DNA of 32,016 nucleotides from Bacteroidota bacterium (lineage in GTDB: Bacteria; Bacteroidota; Bacteroidia; Flavobacteriales_D; Sanyastnellaceae), in contig JBEAZL010000171.1 of assembly GCA_041170085.1 (NCBI GenBank), positions 1 to 32,016 of the forward strand. The letters run 5' to 3'. Made by a program: the position numbers and the translations under genes. The notes below the pieces were generated by a model that was not told the DNA's origin, made no database searches, and saw nothing but the letters and a program-made list of their open reading frames with translations. The number at the start of each line of letters is the position of its first letter. The first letter of the stretch is position 1. Positions 9,074 to 16,753 of the stretch are shown here, piece after piece.

Positions 9074-9148
9074 GCACTCAGGGAGCGGCTTTCATAGTTT
9101 CCATGGCCAGACAGGCCTGCTAAAGGCCATTTTATCGAGATTTGCAGC

Positions 9149-9505
9149 ATGAAAACCGTGTTAGTGCTGGGAGCCAGTCCCAATCCGGAGAGGTATAGTT
9201 ATCTGGCCGTCAAAAGGCTTCTTGCGCGCGGGCATCATGTAATCGCTGTAGGCAAAAGACCGGGGAGCATTGATTCTGTTGTGATTCAAAAAGACTGGCC
9301 GGAGGTACATCCTGATACCATCACCATGTATCTGGGAGCACCCAATCAGACTGAATACTATGATCTGATACTCCACAGCGGAGCGCGGAGAATTATTTTC
9401 AATCCCGGAGCAGAAAACCCTGAGCTTGCAGCTCTTGCCAGGGAGAATGGAATTGCAACGGAAGAAGCATGCACGCTGGTGATGCTTTCAACCGGAACCT
9501 TCTGA
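9149..9505 (+). CDS. CoA-binding domain protein (YccU/YneT-like)
   Basis: 118 aa. The N-terminus VLVLGASPNPERYSYLAVKRLLARGHHVIAV is typical of small CoA-binding Rossmann proteins. Confidence 0.8.
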   Translation: MKTVLVLGASPNPERYSYLAVKRLLARGHHVIAVGKRPGSIDSVVIQKDWPEVHPDTITMYLGAPNQTEYYDLILHSGARRIIFNPGAENPELAALARENGIATEEACTLVMLSTGTF

Positions 9506-10005
9506 TGCCGGAGCTCAAAGGAAATATCTGCAGCCTCAGAAAGGTGACCCACTCAGACCGGGACATTATCACCCGATGGGAGAACAACCCTGAATTCTGG
9601 CCTGTAACCGAAACCCCAGGCCCATTCACCACCGACGACATTAAAGCCTTTATAGAATCATGCAGAGATCTTCAAAAAGATGGTCAGGAAAGGTGGATGA
9701 TCTTATCAGATTCAGGGAGAATACTCGGCTGCCTTGATCTTTTTGAATATAACTCCTCTGCACAAAAAGCCGGAATAGGTATCCTTATCGCCGAAAAATC
9801 TGATCGCAATCAGGGTATAGCCACAGACGCGCTTATAACGGTAATCCGACATCTGAGGGATCAGAAATTGCTGAAGGTTCTCAGCTGTCTCATTTTCCCT
9901 GAAAACACCCCGAGCATAAGGCTATTCAGAGGCGTGGGTTTTGAGGCTGTCAGCGAAGTTGAGTTTAAGGGCAGGAAAACAATATCCTTTGAACTGAGGC
10001 TCTGA
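9505..10005 (+). CDS. GNAT family N-acetyltransferase
   Basis: The ATG at 9505 overlaps the upstream TGA by 1 nt (TGATG). The acetyl-CoA-binding motif GILIAEKSDRNQGIATDAL fits Q/RxxGxG/A. The C-terminal GFEAV is typical of GNAT. The longer ORF starting at 9469 lies inside the upstream gene. Confidence 0.8.
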   Translation: MPELKGNICSLRKVTHSDRDIITRWENNPEFWPVTETPGPFTTDDIKAFIESCRDLQKDGQERWMILSDSGRILGCLDLFEYNSSAQKAGIGILIAEKSDRNQGIATDALITVIRHLRDQKLLKVLSCLIFPENTPSIRLFRGVGFEAVSEVEFKGRKTISFELRL

Positions 10006-10013
10006 CAGGTTCT

Positions 10014-10021
10014 TAAATTTG
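10014..10021 (+). promoter_or_regulatory. Candidate -7 promoter box TAAATTTG upstream of mltG
   Basis: Exact TAnnTTTG match inside the 12-mer CTTAAATTTGCC. It sits only 12 nt before the ATG, so the leader would be very short. Confidence 0.3.
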
Positions 10022-10032
10022 CCTGACCGATC

Positions 10033-11055
10033 ATGAAGAAAAAATTACTTCCCGCCCTCGTTATTCTTGTGCTGATAGCCTGTGGCGCTGCATTCTGGCT
10101 GTACTCCCGGGTATATTCATCTGCCACAGGATTCAAAAGCGAACAGAAGGTTGTATTGCTTTACAATTCAAACGATATAGATGCGTTATCGGAAAGTCTG
10201 TTGCGAGATTCAATTATCACAAGCAAGTCTGATTTCCTGTTTACAGCCAAACTCAAGAAGTTCAAAGGATCTAACTGTTCAGGGCGCTATGCGATAAAAA
10301 AGGGCACATCAAACGGCCAGCTGGTTAACAAACTGCGAATTCAGGCCCAATCGCCGCTGCAAATCAGATTCGGACAGGAATCAAACATGGCAGAGCTCGC
10401 GGGCAACCTCGGGCGTGTGCTGATGCACGACTCACTTACCTTTCTTCGGGGTTTCGAAGATGAAGTGGCTAACTATTCCCCTGAATTCAGCCAGGTTACT
10501 TTTCCTTGTCTGTTTATGCCCAATACCTACGAGGTCTACTGGAACATTTCACCGAAAGCCTTCGTTGCAAAAATGCATGAGGTCCATAAAAAATTCTGGA
10601 CAGAAGAAAGGAAATCCAAAGCTGAAACACTGGGCTACAGCCCTGCTCAGATAGTCATTCTGGCGAGCATCGTGAAAAAGGAAACGGGTAAAGTTGACGA
10701 AGCTCCCAAAATTGCAGGTCTCTATCTGAACCGTCTGAGAATCGGGATGAAACTTCAATCGGATCCGACATCACTTTTTGCTTCCGGAGAAACAGATGTG
10801 CAAAGAGTCAGAGATCAGATCGGTATTGAATCGGATTTTAATACTTACCATACTGCCGGTCTTCCGCCCGGTCCCATTGCATTTACAGAAGATGTATATA
10901 TCGATGCCGTGCTGAATGCTGAAAGCCATGACTACCTGTATATGTGTGCCCGACCGGAGAGAAATGGCTATCACAACTTCTCAAGAACACATGAGCAGCA
11001 TCTGACTTATGCACGGGCATATTGGAAAGCATTGGATGCCGCTGGTATTGAATGA
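10033..11055 (+). CDS. mltG: Endolytic murein transglycosylase MltG (YceG-like)
   Basis: N-terminal TM anchor. YceG-family motifs: ILASIVKKETG, IAGLYLNRL, MKLQSDPT, YNTYHTAGLPPGPIA and HNFSRTHEQH. Confidence 0.9.
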   Translation: MKKKLLPALVILVLIACGAAFWLYSRVYSSATGFKSEQKVVLLYNSNDIDALSESLLRDSIITSKSDFLFTAKLKKFKGSNCSGRYAIKKGTSNGQLVNKLRIQAQSPLQIRFGQESNMAELAGNLGRVLMHDSLTFLRGFEDEVANYSPEFSQVTFPCLFMPNTYEVYWNISPKAFVAKMHEVHKKFWTEERKSKAETLGYSPAQIVILASIVKKETGKVDEAPKIAGLYLNRLRIGMKLQSDPTSLFASGETDVQRVRDQIGIESDFNTYHTAGLPPGPIAFTEDVYIDAVLNAESHDYLYMCARPERNGYHNFSRTHEQHLTYARAYWKALDAAGIE

Positions 11056-11081
11056 CCCCGACATAAACCTTTGATTCTGAT

Positions 11082-11096
11082 CCGGGATAATTCCGG
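11082..11096. terminator. Weak hairpin between the convergent mltG and kinase genes
   Basis: CCGGGA-TAA-TTCCGG forms a 6-bp stem including one G-T pair, with no strong U-tract. It is the only structure I could see in the 42-nt gap. Confidence 0.25.
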
Positions 11097-11097
11097 C

Positions 11098-13209
11098 TTA
11101 TTCGAACTCAAACCAGTTACGGATTTTTTCCTCCAGTTTTTCACCGGTAAATCCGCCCTTCACAAGGTCGTCGTAGCCTGAGGGCAACTCTGCATTGAAC
11201 TCATTGGTAACTCCTATGACCACTGTGCTGTCCTTGTTGTTCTTGTCCTTCTGATTTTGCCCCAACCGGAATCCCTTCCAATGCCTTTCATCATGGCCCA
11301 CGAGCACCAGATCGTAATGCTTTTCACTCATCTTCTCGCGTAATTCCTCAAGCGAGAATGCATTTTCAAACCTGTGTCCAAGCAAATTCAGTGTGCGGGC
11401 TGCAACTGCACGATGCAATTCATTATCATTAGCGATAATCACGTTAAGTGCGTACTGGTCGATTTGAGCATTGGACCTGCCGGTTGAAGGTTGAGACAGC
11501 ACCAGAGAGTCATCTATTCTCAATAACCCGGTAATGGTCTCAAATAACCTGATCTGTTTTACCGGCTTGGTCAGATAAGCATTTAATAGTGGACTCTTAG
11601 ACTCTACAACAGAATCCGCAGTAGATGTCAGGGCAATAATCGGCAACCGTCCTTCTGTTTGTCTGGCCAGCTTTTCGGCGAGAATTAGAGACTCTCCGCC
11701 CGGGGGATCCACATCGATAATACAGATATCGAACTTCTGAAGGTTGCCAAGCACTTCCTCAACAAGTTCGAGGCTGTTAAACGGGGTGCTTTGAATACCC
11801 CATGTTCCCAGCTGACGAATCAGCACCTTCAGGATATTCTTATCCTGCTCGATAATCAGTGCTTTCAGACCGGCAAGATCCCTTACATTCTCTGATGCTG
11901 CAGCCTTGGTCTCTTCTGCAATCATGGTTATACATAATAGCCTGCCATTAGGACCATCTTCAGTCCATATTCTTCCTCCCAGCTCGTGAACCAGCCTCAG
12001 AGAAAGGTCTCTCGACAGAGCGCCGGAGTTGTGCTCATCCCGGAGCTTGCTGTATATATCAGCCAGGGAGGGATCAACACCTATGAGGGTAATCTTGAGC
12101 TGAACCATACCCTCGGCTTTATTCAGGAATTCGACATTCAGATCAATCTTTTTTCCTTCACTATGCCTGATTACATCACCGGCAACATTCAACAATACCT
12201 GCCTGAATCTCTTTTCATCCTGAACAACCCACACCGGAACGTTTGAGGAAACAAATGTTGTTAGTGTCACATGATGGCTAACCGTTAAAGGTCGGAGCAT
12301 TTCAGAAGCCTGTTCAACACATTCGTGCAGGTTGAACTTATGTCTGTTCACTTCAAGTTCTCCCTTTTGTATGGCCGTTTCATCCATCACCTCGTCAAGA
12401 ACGTGCATCATATTTGATGCACTTCCTATCAGGGCTCTGACACTTTCGCGCTGCTTTCCGTCGAGATCCCACCTTTGCATCAGTTCTGCATTACCCAAAA
12501 TCGCAGATAAGGGAGTCCTTAACTGATGACTCAGATCTGACATCATCCGCAGGCGATGACTCCGCTCTCTGGCCAGAACCGATTCTGTGTCCTTTGACTC
12601 CGATATGATGGCGGAAGCCTGCTTCACATAAGGCCTTATCAGTACAAAGTAACCCGAAACACCAGCAATGAGAATGATAGCTGAAAGCACAAGAAGAAGA
12701 AGCTTTGCTGTACCTGCCAATTTCTCCTGTTCCTTGACCCATTGCAGTGTCAGGTCATTCACCAGAGAGGCATACTGACTGAGATTTGTAATTGTCTGCT
12801 CAGAAACATTCTTTACAGTTCCATCGTCGGCCATGAGTAAAGACAATTCATCGTTCAGGTGAACATAAATCGGGGATAGCTCACGGACAATGGCTTCAGC
12901 CTGCTCACTCTTATCAGACTTGACCTGAAAGAGATCACTTCCGTTAACAAGGGCCTTCTGTGAGTTGACCCATTTGGATTTGATAAGCTGAAATTCCTCT
13001 AATGAAAGTTTGTCGGGAGCCTCTTTTCTGTTTTCCATCCTGGTAAGATGGAAGAGCAACTCGTGAGAGGTTGCCTTTTGCCTGTTGCTCAGATTGATTT
13101 TGTTGGCCAGATCTTCGCCGGCCGACTGCAGGGCAAGAAAGGACAGGCAGGATGCTACCACACCCAAAACAAGAAGCAATGAATATATGATTGCTTTCCC
13201 AGGACCCAT
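11098..13209 (-). CDS. Hybrid sensor histidine-kinase-like protein: periplasmic PilJ/NarX-type sensor, DHp with H-box, degenerate HATPase domain, one receiver and one pseudo-receiver
   Basis: Two TM helices flank a helical periplasmic domain of about 150 aa containing INLSNRQKATSHEL, which resembles the P-box INLAGRQRMLSQR. The H-box SHQLRTPLSAILGNAEL is intact. The CA-domain N-box reads LLNVAGDVIRHS (Asn to Asp), and the G1 and G2 glycine boxes are absent. REC1 is canonical (IIDVD, ALTS, LTKP). REC2 has Gly at the acceptor position (LVLVGHD). Confidence 0.85.
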   Translation of the reverse strand: MGPGKAIIYSLLLVLGVVASCLSFLALQSAGEDLANKINLSNRQKATSHELLFHLTRMENRKEAPDKLSLEEFQLIKSKWVNSQKALVNGSDLFQVKSDKSEQAEAIVRELSPIYVHLNDELSLLMADDGTVKNVSEQTITNLSQYASLVNDLTLQWVKEQEKLAGTAKLLLLVLSAIILIAGVSGYFVLIRPYVKQASAIISESKDTESVLARERSHRLRMMSDLSHQLRTPLSAILGNAELMQRWDLDGKQRESVRALIGSASNMMHVLDEVMDETAIQKGELEVNRHKFNLHECVEQASEMLRPLTVSHHVTLTTFVSSNVPVWVVQDEKRFRQVLLNVAGDVIRHSEGKKIDLNVEFLNKAEGMVQLKITLIGVDPSLADIYSKLRDEHNSGALSRDLSLRLVHELGGRIWTEDGPNGRLLCITMIAEETKAAASENVRDLAGLKALIIEQDKNILKVLIRQLGTWGIQSTPFNSLELVEEVLGNLQKFDICIIDVDPPGGESLILAEKLARQTEGRLPIIALTSTADSVVESKSPLLNAYLTKPVKQIRLFETITGLLRIDDSLVLSQPSTGRSNAQIDQYALNVIIANDNELHRAVAARTLNLLGHRFENAFSLEELREKMSEKHYDLVLVGHDERHWKGFRLGQNQKDKNNKDSTVVIGVTNEFNAELPSGYDDLVKGGFTGEKLEEKIRNWFEFE

Positions 13210-13231
13210 CTTCAGTTTTTGTAAACTGAAT

Positions 13232-13239
13232 CAAAGATA
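13232..13239 (-). promoter_or_regulatory. Candidate -7 promoter box (TATCTTTG on the minus strand) for the downstream kinase gene, with an adjacent small inverted repeat
   Basis: Plus-strand CAAAGATA is TAnnTTTG on the minus strand, 23 nt upstream of the ATG at 13209. The inverted repeat CAGTTT-ttgt-AAACTG at 13213-13228 lies between the box and the start codon. Confidence 0.3.
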
Positions 13240-13362
13240 CATATCAGAGAGGCAGCAGGAAAAACCGATTCTTCACCACAAATGAACACATCCGGCGCCG
13301 GCCATCAGATATTCCGGGGATCGCGGTGCCGGTTACACCGAAAAACGCAACTGATAAATGAA

Positions 13363-15456
13363 CTATGCGGTACGGTTCAATAAATAACCGGTACCAGCCT
13401 CTGAAAAGTACCTGACAAGAACTTGTTCCAGATCCTGAATGAGAAATGGTTTGGAGAGGAAGGCATTCATACCCGCCTGGACACAACTTCTCCTGTCATC
13501 TTCGGATGCGTTGGCTGTAATGGCAATAATGTAGGGCTGTGATGTCAGATTCCTTCTTATGTACTGAGTAGTCTGGAGTCCATCCATACCCGGCATCTGT
13601 ATGTCCATTAAAATGATGTCGTACTCGTTCCTTTCCATATTATCAATGACGTCATTGCCATTGAAAGCCCTTGAAGCCTTCAGACCCAATTTCTGGAGCA
13701 TGAACATCATGACATCGCTGTTGATGCGGTTGTCTTCCGCAATCAGCACGCGAAGGCTACCCGGGTCAACTGATAACTCATGCTGAACATCGGCCAGTGT
13801 CCGTACAATTTCCTTCTCCTTCTCCTTATGAGCAACCTGAGCTTTCACAGTGAACTGAAAAACGGAACCTATGCCCTCTTCGGATTCTACTTTAATATAG
13901 CCTCCCATCAGCTCAACCAGCTCTTTGCTGATGGCAAGACCAAGTCCCGAACCACCAAACCTTCTGTTTATACTTGAGTCAACCTGAGTGAACGATCGGA
14001 AAAGTATTGCCTGCTTGCTTCTTGAAATTCCAAGACCAGTGTCTGCCACCCGGAAACGAATAGCCAGTTCATCACGGTTCAGACTTTCTAATTCTACATT
14101 TACATCAATAGTACCCCGATCTGTGAACTTCACAGCATTTCCGATCAGATTGAGCAATACCTGCTTCAGCCTCATGGAATCAATCAGAATTGAATCAGGA
14201 ATATCATAGGCGACATTCACAGAAAAGCGCAATTGTTTGGACTCGGCATGAGGTCTCAGCAGATCCGCAACCGCATGCACTTCCTGCCTCAATTCACACT
14301 GCACAGGTGACAATTCCATTTTCCCGGACTCAATCTTGCTGTAGTCCAGAATATCGTTGATCAGAACCAACAAGCTCTGACTACTGTTGATAATAGTAGA
14401 TACGTATGCCTGTTGTTCTATATTAAGAGGTGTACGCTCTAACAGACTCGATGTGCCAATCACCCCATTCAGAGGTGTGCGCAACTCGTGACTCATGGTT
14501 GCCACAAACTTGGCCTTGGTTCGCAAAGCGTCTTCGGCCTGTTCACGTGCCCTGATCAAATCCAACTCGAACTTCTTCTTCTCGGTAATATCCCGAACCC
14601 GGTAGACGAGAAACCTGCTTCTGAATCCATCCACAGATGTAATCGACAGATATGCCAGCATTGTGGTACCGTCTTTCCTGATCAAAGTGGCCTCATCAGA
14701 CCAGAATCGATTATTTCTGACTGCATCAAGGCCATATTCTATCTCTGCCTCTGTGAGCTCTCTTTGACGGAGGAATGAAAAGTCCTTGCCAAGCAATTCT
14801 TCCTTACGCATACCCAACATCTCAAGTATGCGGTCATTCATATCCAGTATGTGACCGTTAACATCAGTCAGAAGTACACCAGTTTCGGATCTGTTCAGGA
14901 GGGACTTCAGAAAACCTCTCTGCAACTTGAGGTTCTCGATGGAGTGATTCTTATTGTGCGAGAAAATGCCTGAAAGAAACATACAGAATGTTCCCAGTAT
15001 GGTTATAAAAATCAAATCCGATTTTGAACCCGAAAACCTGGTAATTACGGAAACAAACAAAATGGAATACTGAATGATCAGAAAGAATATGGCATATCTC
15101 CACGCCCTGAATGCTACGGTGTAAAGATGTATGATGATAAAGGCGAATATTACATAATACAGATGGGCATGTGACATCCACACCATCCAGGTAGTGTGTG
15201 TAGTCATTACGTAGCACAGCACAATGATTGAGTAGCCGAATAGCTTCTTGGAACCTTTGTAGTAACTGACTCCAATACTCAGCAGACTTATTACGGCGAG
15301 TGCTACCCTGTCCCAAATCAATTCATCACCTGAGCGCAGGCCATTCACGAACATAAATATGCCCACCATGGATACGCCAAGACTAACCCATCCTATGAGT
15401 CTGAAAAAAGCGGCTATGCGCCTGCTTCCACCGGTTCCAGATATGAGTCCGTACAT
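13363..15456 (-). CDS. Hybrid sensor histidine kinase (multi-TM membrane sensor, PAS, HisKA, HATPase_c, receiver)
   Basis: About 5-6 N-terminal TM helices, then a PAS-like region (GVLLTDVNGHILDMNDRILEMLG). H-box SHELRTPLNGVIG, N-box LLNLIGNAVKFT, G1 DTGLGI, G2 GGSGLGLAISK. The receiver has AEDN, ILMDIQMPGMDG, AITA and SKP. Confidence 0.9.
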   Translation of the reverse strand: MYGLISGTGGSRRIAAFFRLIGWVSLGVSMVGIFMFVNGLRSGDELIWDRVALAVISLLSIGVSYYKGSKKLFGYSIIVLCYVMTTHTTWMVWMSHAHLYYVIFAFIIIHLYTVAFRAWRYAIFFLIIQYSILFVSVITRFSGSKSDLIFITILGTFCMFLSGIFSHNKNHSIENLKLQRGFLKSLLNRSETGVLLTDVNGHILDMNDRILEMLGMRKEELLGKDFSFLRQRELTEAEIEYGLDAVRNNRFWSDEATLIRKDGTTMLAYLSITSVDGFRSRFLVYRVRDITEKKKFELDLIRAREQAEDALRTKAKFVATMSHELRTPLNGVIGTSSLLERTPLNIEQQAYVSTIINSSQSLLVLINDILDYSKIESGKMELSPVQCELRQEVHAVADLLRPHAESKQLRFSVNVAYDIPDSILIDSMRLKQVLLNLIGNAVKFTDRGTIDVNVELESLNRDELAIRFRVADTGLGISRSKQAILFRSFTQVDSSINRRFGGSGLGLAISKELVELMGGYIKVESEEGIGSVFQFTVKAQVAHKEKEKEIVRTLADVQHELSVDPGSLRVLIAEDNRINSDVMMFMLQKLGLKASRAFNGNDVIDNMERNEYDIILMDIQMPGMDGLQTTQYIRRNLTSQPYIIAITANASEDDRRSCVQAGMNAFLSKPFLIQDLEQVLVRYFSEAGTGYLLNRTA

Positions 15457-15528
15457 TTACTTTGAGAAAAGTTTCCCTACATCAACACCTTGATACGGAT
15501 TACACGCGATACATGTTTCATTTCCGCC

Positions 15529-16401
15529 ATGAGGTTGCTTTTGGTTGCTCTTTGCACCATGTATTCTCAATATGTGGCACCTCAGGTGAACGACAGCCTT
15601 GCTTCACGAAAATGGCTGGTGAGTGGTGGAATAGGAATTACATCGGCAACATCACTGGTACTCCTCAATGAGCTATGGTATTCTGATTATGAGAAAAGTC
15701 CCCTTCATTCTTTCAACGATGCAGATGAATGGTTCCAGATCGATAAAGCCGGACATCTGACCACCAACTACTACCTTACGTCATTGCTTCACCCTGTGTT
15801 GAAGTGGTCAGGTTATAGCGACAGATCAGCCTTATACACCGGAGCAGCCATTTCATTAGGATATCAGACGACTATTGAGATCATGGATGGACTCTCTGCA
15901 CAATGGGGGTTCTCATGGACAGATCAACTTGCCAATACATTGGGTGCATTTGCATATTCCGGACAGCATTTGTTGTGGAATGAACAACGCATCCGATTCA
16001 AGTTTTCATACTCTCCAACCGATTTTGCCAACATCAGACCAGAACTTTTGGGAAGAAATTACACACAACGTATCCTCAAAGATTACAATGGTCAGATCTA
16101 CTGGATCAGTGTCAATCCATCTTCATTTATGAAAGATGATACATGGTTTCCATCATGGCTGAACGTTGCTGCAGGCTATGGAGGAGAAGGCATGATTTCC
16201 GCTCTGGACAATAGTTTCAACGGTATCACATACGATCGTTACAGACAATACTATTTGTCATTCGATATCGATCTCACACGAATAAAATGGAAGAACAAAT
16301 GGTTGAAATCGATGAGTACAGTTTTCAGTTTGATAAAGGTTCCTCTCCCGACTGTGGAATTCGCTGTTAATAGAAATTTAGAATTCTTTATTGTGAAATG
16401 A
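15529..16401 (+). CDS. DUF2279-like (YfiM-like) secreted or lipoprotein-type protein
   Basis: The ORF track opens on TTG at 15490. The first ATG at 15529 gives a signal-peptide-like MRLLLVALCTMYS. The WFQIDKAGH motif and overall composition recall the DUF2279 family. This assignment is from memory only. Confidence 0.55.
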   Translation: MRLLLVALCTMYSQYVAPQVNDSLASRKWLVSGGIGITSATSLVLLNELWYSDYEKSPLHSFNDADEWFQIDKAGHLTTNYYLTSLLHPVLKWSGYSDRSALYTGAAISLGYQTTIEIMDGLSAQWGFSWTDQLANTLGAFAYSGQHLLWNEQRIRFKFSYSPTDFANIRPELLGRNYTQRILKDYNGQIYWISVNPSSFMKDDTWFPSWLNVAAGYGGEGMISALDNSFNGITYDRYRQYYLSFDIDLTRIKWKNKWLKSMSTVFSLIKVPLPTVEFAVNRNLEFFIVK

Positions 16402-16447
16402 AAAATCATTTTACTTTTCGCTCTGCAAAACCAAACCATTTTTTGTC

Positions 16448-16684
16448 ATGGCAGTAAAAAAAGCAACAAAGAAAGCAGCTCCTAAGAAGGCTGCAAAGAA
16501 AGCAGCTCCTAAGAAAGCCGCTAAGAAAGCAGCGCCTAAGAAGGCCGCTAAGAAAGCCGCTAAGAAGGCAGCTCCTAAGAAAGCCGCCAAGAAGGCGACT
16601 AAGAAGGCAGCTCCTAAGAAAGCTGCTAAGAAAGCGACCAAGAAGGCAGCCCCTAAGAAGGCAGCTGCTCCTGCGAAGAAGTAA
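16448..16684 (+). CDS. Histone H1-like Lys/Ala-repeat nucleoid protein
   Basis: The 78-aa protein is almost entirely KKAAPKKAAKKA-type repeats (K, A, P, T) and is strongly basic. It is followed by a strong terminator. It resembles the eukaryotic H1 C-terminal tail and bacterial Hc1/AlgP-like proteins. Confidence 0.8.
   Translation: MAVKKATKKAAPKKAAKKAAPKKAAKKAAPKKAAKKAAKKAAPKKAAKKATKKAAPKKAAKKATKKAAPKKAAAPAKK
16469..16681 (+). repeat. Degenerate 27/36-nt coding tandem repeats (AAG AAA GCN GCN CCT AAG AAG GCN GCN)
   Basis: Visible directly in the sequence. The units encode KKAAPKKAA and vary mainly at synonymous positions. Confidence 0.9.
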
Positions 16685-16700
16685 GGAGCGAACGACAATA

Positions 16701-16735
16701 AAAAGCCCCTGTTTGAACAAACAGGGGCTTTTTGT
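16701..16735. terminator. Bidirectional Rho-independent terminator shared by the histone-like gene and the convergent EEP gene
   Basis: AAAAGCCCCTGTT-tgaaca-AACAGGGGCTTTT. The GC-rich stem is flanked by an A-tract and a T-tract, so it is usable on both strands. Confidence 0.8.
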
Positions 16736-16753
16736 TTGAATACAATTGAAGAA

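Noticed and set aside
9137-9144. GAGATTTG resembling a -7 promoter box before the CoA-binding gene
   Set aside because: It ends only 4 nt before the ATG, so the transcription start would fall inside the coding sequence. The first base also deviates from TAnnTTTG.
13292-13301. Perfect 10-bp palindrome CCGGCGCCGG between the two kinase genes
   Set aside because: It is too short, has no loop to form a terminator hairpin, and has no flanking T-tract. It could occur by chance in GC-rich spacer, so I assign no function.
16469-16681. Tandem repeat array that could superficially be taken for a CRISPR or other non-coding repeat
   Set aside because: The repeats are contiguous with no spacers, stay in frame, encode a coherent Lys/Ala protein, and vary mainly at synonymous sites.
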